Shown: positions 59,629 through 64,000 of the stretch, piece by piece
Position numbering within the stretch: the first letter of the stretch is position 1
Layout: every line of letters starts with the position of its first letter
Assembly: GCA_963752285.1 (NCBI GenBank)
Contig: CAVVXN010000004.1
Coordinates: 1-64,000, forward strand
DNA length: 64,000 nt
Reading direction: 5' to 3'
Source: an uncultured Planctomycetota bacterium
Lineage (GTDB): Bacteria; Planctomycetota; PLA2; JAEUHO01
Program-made: the position numbers and the translations under genes
Notes under the pieces: model-generated
The model's input: only the letters and a program-made list of their open reading frames with translations
Database searches by the model: none
Told to the model about the DNA's origin: nothing

Positions 59629-60642
59629 CTACAGCAGGTCCTCGGCCTCGTCCTTCGGGCCGCGCAGCATCAGCGAGCGCACGACCTCCTTCGGCGGCTT
59701 CCCTTCGTGGACCGCGTAGTAGACCTGCTCCGAGATCGGGAGCGCGAGTCCGTGCTCGTGCATCAGCTCGTGCACGGGCCGCGACGTCTTGATGCCCTCC
59801 GCGACCATGCTGGTGCTCGCCGCGATGTCCTCGGCGCGCTCGCCGCGCCCGAGGCGTTCGCCGAACGTGCGATTGCGGCTCGCGCGCGAGTAGCACGTCG
59901 TCAGGAGGTCCCCGAGCCCGGACATGCCGAAGAAGGTCCTTCGCCGTCCACCGAGGCGCTCGCCGAGGCGGGCCATCTCCACGACCCCGCGCTGCACCAG
60001 CGCCGCCTTCGCGTTCTCGCCGAGCTTCAGCCCGTCGCACATGCCGGCGGCGATCGCGATGACGTTCTTCAGCACGCCGCCGAGCTCCACGCCGAGGACG
60101 TCGGAGTTCGAGTAGACGCGGAAGCGCTCGCCCGCGAAGGTGTGCTGGACCCCACGGAGCACGGCGGCGTCCGGGCACGCGACGACCGTGGCCGCGGGAA
60201 GTCCGTGCGCGATCTCGCGGGCGATGTTGGGACCCGACAGGACCGCGATCGGCCGCCCGCCCGCGAGCTCCTCGAGGATCTGCGTCGGCCGCTTGAGCGT
60301 GCCGTCCTCGAGACCCTTCGTCACCGAGACGATGGGGACGCCCGGCGGGAGCACGCGCGCGTGCGCGGACCACACCTCACGGAGGTACGTCGTGGGGACC
60401 GCCGAGACGATGAGGTCCACGCCTTCGAGGACCTCCTCGAGCCGACTCGAGACCGCGATCGACCGCGGGATCTCGAAGCCCGGGAGGTACCGCGGGTTCG
60501 TTCGCGTCTCGGCCATGTGCGTGGCGTACTCGGGGTCGTACCCCCACAGCGCCACCCGCTCGACGCGGCTCGCGAGGTACGTCGCGAGCGCCGTGCCCCA
60601 GCCCCCGTCACCCACGACCACGACGCTTCGAGCCTGGTCCAT
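59629..60642 (-). CDS. gpsA: NAD(P)H-dependent glycerol-3-phosphate dehydrogenase
   Basis: GDGGWGTALA, TKGLE, LSGPN.A.E, ELGGVLKNVIAIA, GLGDLLTTC and SRNR motifs. Confidence 0.97.
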   Translation of the reverse strand: MDQARSVVVVGDGGWGTALATYLASRVERVALWGYDPEYATHMAETRTNPRYLPGFEIPRSIAVSSRLEEVLEGVDLIVSAVPTTYLREVWSAHARVLPPGVPIVSVTKGLEDGTLKRPTQILEELAGGRPIAVLSGPNIAREIAHGLPAATVVACPDAAVLRGVQHTFAGERFRVYSNSDVLGVELGGVLKNVIAIAAGMCDGLKLGENAKAALVQRGVVEMARLGERLGGRRRTFFGMSGLGDLLTTCYSRASRNRTFGERLGRGERAEDIAASTSMVAEGIKTSRPVHELMHEHGLALPISEQVYYAVHEGKPPKEVVRSLMLRGPKDEAEDLL

Positions 60643-60755
60643 CCTGCCTCCGGGGGCCACCGGCCCGCCCACGCCGGGATTGTGCCCCGAAACCAGGCGG
60701 GCTCGCCGGGTCCGTAGACTGACCGCCTCGCCTTCGTGTCGATCGGGAGGTCCGG

Positions 60756-61583
<828 letters not shown>

Positions 61584-61641
61584 GCCGGTCCCCCGCGTGG
61601 CCCGGTCCGCGGGGACCCGCGCGGCCCCGCGTGCCGACGAC

Positions 61642-62409
61642 TCAGATCTGGTCGGTGGTTCCGACCTTGCGCTCGCTGCCGCTGAGGATGCGCAGGATGT
61701 TCTCGCGGTGGCGCCAGACCACCATCGCGGCGAGCAGCACGAAGAAGACGAAGCTCGCGAGCCGACTCCGGAAGGTCTCGCCCCCGTGGCTCGCGTAGTA
61801 CGTGATCGGGATCGCGAGCATCGCGCCGATCGATCCGAGCGACATGTACCGGGTGGCGGCGACCAGGATCCCCCAGATGCCGAGCGCTGCGAGCGACGAC
61901 CACGGCGCGAGCGCCGTGACGACGCCGAACGCGGTCGCGACGCCCTTGCCGCCGCGGAAGTGGAGGTACGGCGTGAACACGTGGCCGAGGATCGCGGACG
62001 CGCCGCAGATGAGGCCGAGGGTCTCCCCCGGCGGGTCGGAGCCCAGCCAGTGGCCGAGACGGTGCGCGAACGAGACGGCCGCGAACCCCTTCGCGAAGTC
62101 GAGCGCGAACACGATCACGAACACCATGATCGAGACGGTGCCCGGCCACAGCCGCGACGCGTTCGTCGCGCCGATGTTGCCGCTGCCGATGCGCCGCAGG
62201 TCCTGGCCCTTCGCGATGCGGACGGCGAGCCAGCCGAAGGGAACCCCGCCGATCAGGTAGGCGAGGAGCCCGGCCAGGATCTCGGCGAGGGGGCTTCCGA
62301 CGTCGATGGCGCGCTCCGCGGGGGCAAACCCCCATGCTACCGCCGCCGAGGCGCGTCCCCGCCCGGGAGGGGGGGCGCGACTGGCCTCGGCGGGACGGCC
62401 GGGTTCCAA
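61642..62409 (-). CDS. plsY: Glycerol-3-phosphate acyltransferase PlsY
   Basis: GSGNIGATN, DFAKG, GH.F...F.GGKGVAT and RHRENI.R motifs. The true start is probably nearer 62300-62340 (no clean in-frame ATG). Confidence 0.93.
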   Translation of the reverse strand: MEPGRPAEASRAPPPGRGRASAAVAWGFAPAERAIDVGSPLAEILAGLLAYLIGGVPFGWLAVRIAKGQDLRRIGSGNIGATNASRLWPGTVSIMVFVIVFALDFAKGFAAVSFAHRLGHWLGSDPPGETLGLICGASAILGHVFTPYLHFRGGKGVATAFGVVTALAPWSSLAALGIWGILVAATRYMSLGSIGAMLAIPITYYASHGGETFRSRLASFVFFVLLAAMVVWRHRENILRILSGSERKVGTTDQI

Positions 62410-62420
62410 TGCGCCGGCAC

Positions 62421-64000
62421 ATGGTCGGCGCCTCGTCCCTACGCATCGGCATCGACACGGGGGGTACCTTTACCGACGGCGTCCTCGTCGAGGGGCGGCG
62501 GCGCGCGTCCGTGAAGGTGCCGTCCACGCCCGACGACCCCGCGCGGGCCGTTCTCGCGGCCGTGGAGGCCCTCCTGGGGCGTCGGCGGGGCCTTCCCCGC
62601 GATGTCCGGGTCCACCACGGCTCGACGGTCGCCACGAACACCGTCTTGACAAGTCGGGGCGCCCGGGTCGTGTTCGTCACGACCACCGGGTTCGAGGACG
62701 TGCTGCACCTCGCGCGGGGCACGCGCTCGGACCTCCACGCGCTCTGGCCGTCGAGGCCCGCCCCGCTCGTGCCGCGGGACCGCCTCGTGGGCGTCCCGGA
62801 GCGCACCGGCGCCGACGGGCGCGCGGTCCTCGCGCTGACCGACCCGGCGCTGAGCGAGGTCGCCCGCCGGGTGGTCGCCCTGGGGCCCGAGGCGGTCGCG
62901 GTTTCGCTCCTCCACGCGGTCCGCGCGCCGCGGCACGAGCGCCGCGTCGTCCGCCGGCTCGTCGCGGCCCTGGCGGGGAGCGGGGTGAGCGTGCACGCGG
63001 GCACGGACGTGTCGGCGGACCCCCGTGAGGCGGAGCGCGGCGCGACCGCGGTTCTCGACGCGTACGTGGCGCCGGCGATCCGGTCGTATGTCGCGCGCCT
63101 CTCGCGCGCGCTCCCCCGGGGCGCGCTCACGATCATGCGGTCGGACGGCGGCCGGATGGGAGCCCGGGAGGCGTGCCGGCATCCCGTCCGGACGCTCCTC
63201 TCGGGACCGGCGGGCGGCGTGGCCGCGGCCGCCCGCGTCGCCGCGCGGCTCGGACTCCAACGCGCCCTGTCGTTCGACGTGGGCGGGACGAGCACCGACG
63301 CGTGCTGGATCGAGGGCGAGGACCTGCCCGTCGGCGGCACGGTCCGGGTCGGCGACCACGAGGCGTCGGTCCCCGGGCTCCCGCTCGAGACGGTCGGAGC
63401 CGGCGGGGGGAGCGAGGTCTGGATCGACCCGGGCGGGGCCCTCCGGGTCGGACCCGGCAGCGCCGGCGCCGACCCGGGCCCCGCCTGCTACGGCCGGGGC
63501 GGGCCCTTCACGTTGACCGACGCATGGCTCGTGCTCGGCCGTCTTCCTCCGGCGCTCCTCGGCGGCGCGTTCCCCCTCGACGCCGCCGCCGCCCACCGGG
63601 CGGCCGACGCCCTGGCGCGCCGCGCCGGGGTCCCGGTCCGGACGCTGGCTCGCGGGGCGGTCGAGGTCGCGGCGACGACGACGGCGCGCCTCCTCTCCCG
63701 GGCGTCGGTCGCGCGGGGAAAGGACCCGCGCGGCGCCCACCTCGTCGCGTTCGGCGGCGCGGGGCCGACGCTCGCCGCCGAGACCGCGGAGCGTCTGGAT
63801 CTCCGGGGCGTGGTCGTCCCGCCCGAGCCGGGCGCGCTCGCCGCGTGGGGCGCGCTCGTGGCGCCGCTTTGCGCCGACCAGAGCGCGGTGGTCCTGGGCA
63901 AGGACGTGGGACGCTTCGCGGGTCTCGCGAGGCCGCTGGCGCGCGCGGTCCGCGCCGCCCTCGCGAAGCAGGGAGCGCGTCGTCCGACGGTCCGGGCCGA
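62421..64000 (+). CDS. Hydantoinase/5-oxoprolinase subunit A family, runs off the window end
   Basis: MVGASSLRIGIDTGGTFTD, HGSTVATN, LLSGPAGG, DVGGTSTD, GAGGGS, SAGADPGPACYG and FGGAG motifs. Not in the ORF track because it is incomplete. Confidence 0.93.
   Translation, partial: MVGASSLRIGIDTGGTFTDGVLVEGRRRASVKVPSTPDDPARAVLAAVEALLGRRRGLPRDVRVHHGSTVATNTVLTSRGARVVFVTTTGFEDVLHLARGTRSDLHALWPSRPAPLVPRDRLVGVPERTGADGRAVLALTDPALSEVARRVVALGPEAVAVSLLHAVRAPRHERRVVRRLVAALAGSGVSVHAGTDVSADPREAERGATAVLDAYVAPAIRSYVARLSRALPRGALTIMRSDGGRMGAREACRHPVRTLLSGPAGGVAAAARVAARLGLQRALSFDVGGTSTDACWIEGEDLPVGGTVRVGDHEASVPGLPLETVGAGGGSEVWIDPGGALRVGPGSAGADPGPACYGRGGPFTLTDAWLVLGRLPPALLGGAFPLDAAAAHRAADALARRAGVPVRTLARGAVEVAATTTARLLSRASVARGKDPRGAHLVAFGGAGPTLAAETAERLDLRGVVVPPEPGALAAWGALVAPLCADQSAVVLGKDVGRFAGLARPLARAVRAALAKQGARRPTVRA

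Noticed and set aside
62306..62345. Programmed frameshift at the plsY 5' end (out-of-frame ATG before G5/C5 runs)
   Set aside because: Cannot be distinguished from a homopolymer sequencing error or an upstream or alternative start.

Overview
Very GC-rich bacterial DNA. The gene content (receptor Ser/Thr kinase fused to an FGE/C-lectin domain, secretin-like and HEAT proteins, an ACIII operon) suggests a Planctomycetota-like organism; this is an inference. Positions 1-9.7 kb are a decayed mobile island. It holds a frameshifted kinase-TM-FGE gene with a DGR-type variable end, a truncated HRDC gene, two serine-recombinase/HTH cassette remnants, a caspase/CHAT-like cargo gene and an intact IS110/IS1111 element. 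The 3' non-coding end of that IS carries sequences matching its own target site and circle junction (bridge/seekRNA). The middle of the window is housekeeping: ClC, GH15, GT4, a complete actABCDEF-sco-caa3-ctaB operon, FabH, a DAC-domain protein, KtrAB, an ABC exporter, tRNA-Pro, gpsA and plsY. Three genes missed or split by the ORF track read through an in-frame UGA, each followed 14 nt later by a SECIS-like hairpin: an Rdx protein, a redoxin lipoprotein and, unexpectedly, a secretin-like protein. The most striking unexplained element is a ~1.45 kb stretch (58.1-59.55 kb) with no credible ORF. It is built of recurring A-rich motifs and UUCG/GNRA hairpins and ends in a terminator, so it is a candidate giant structured ncRNA.
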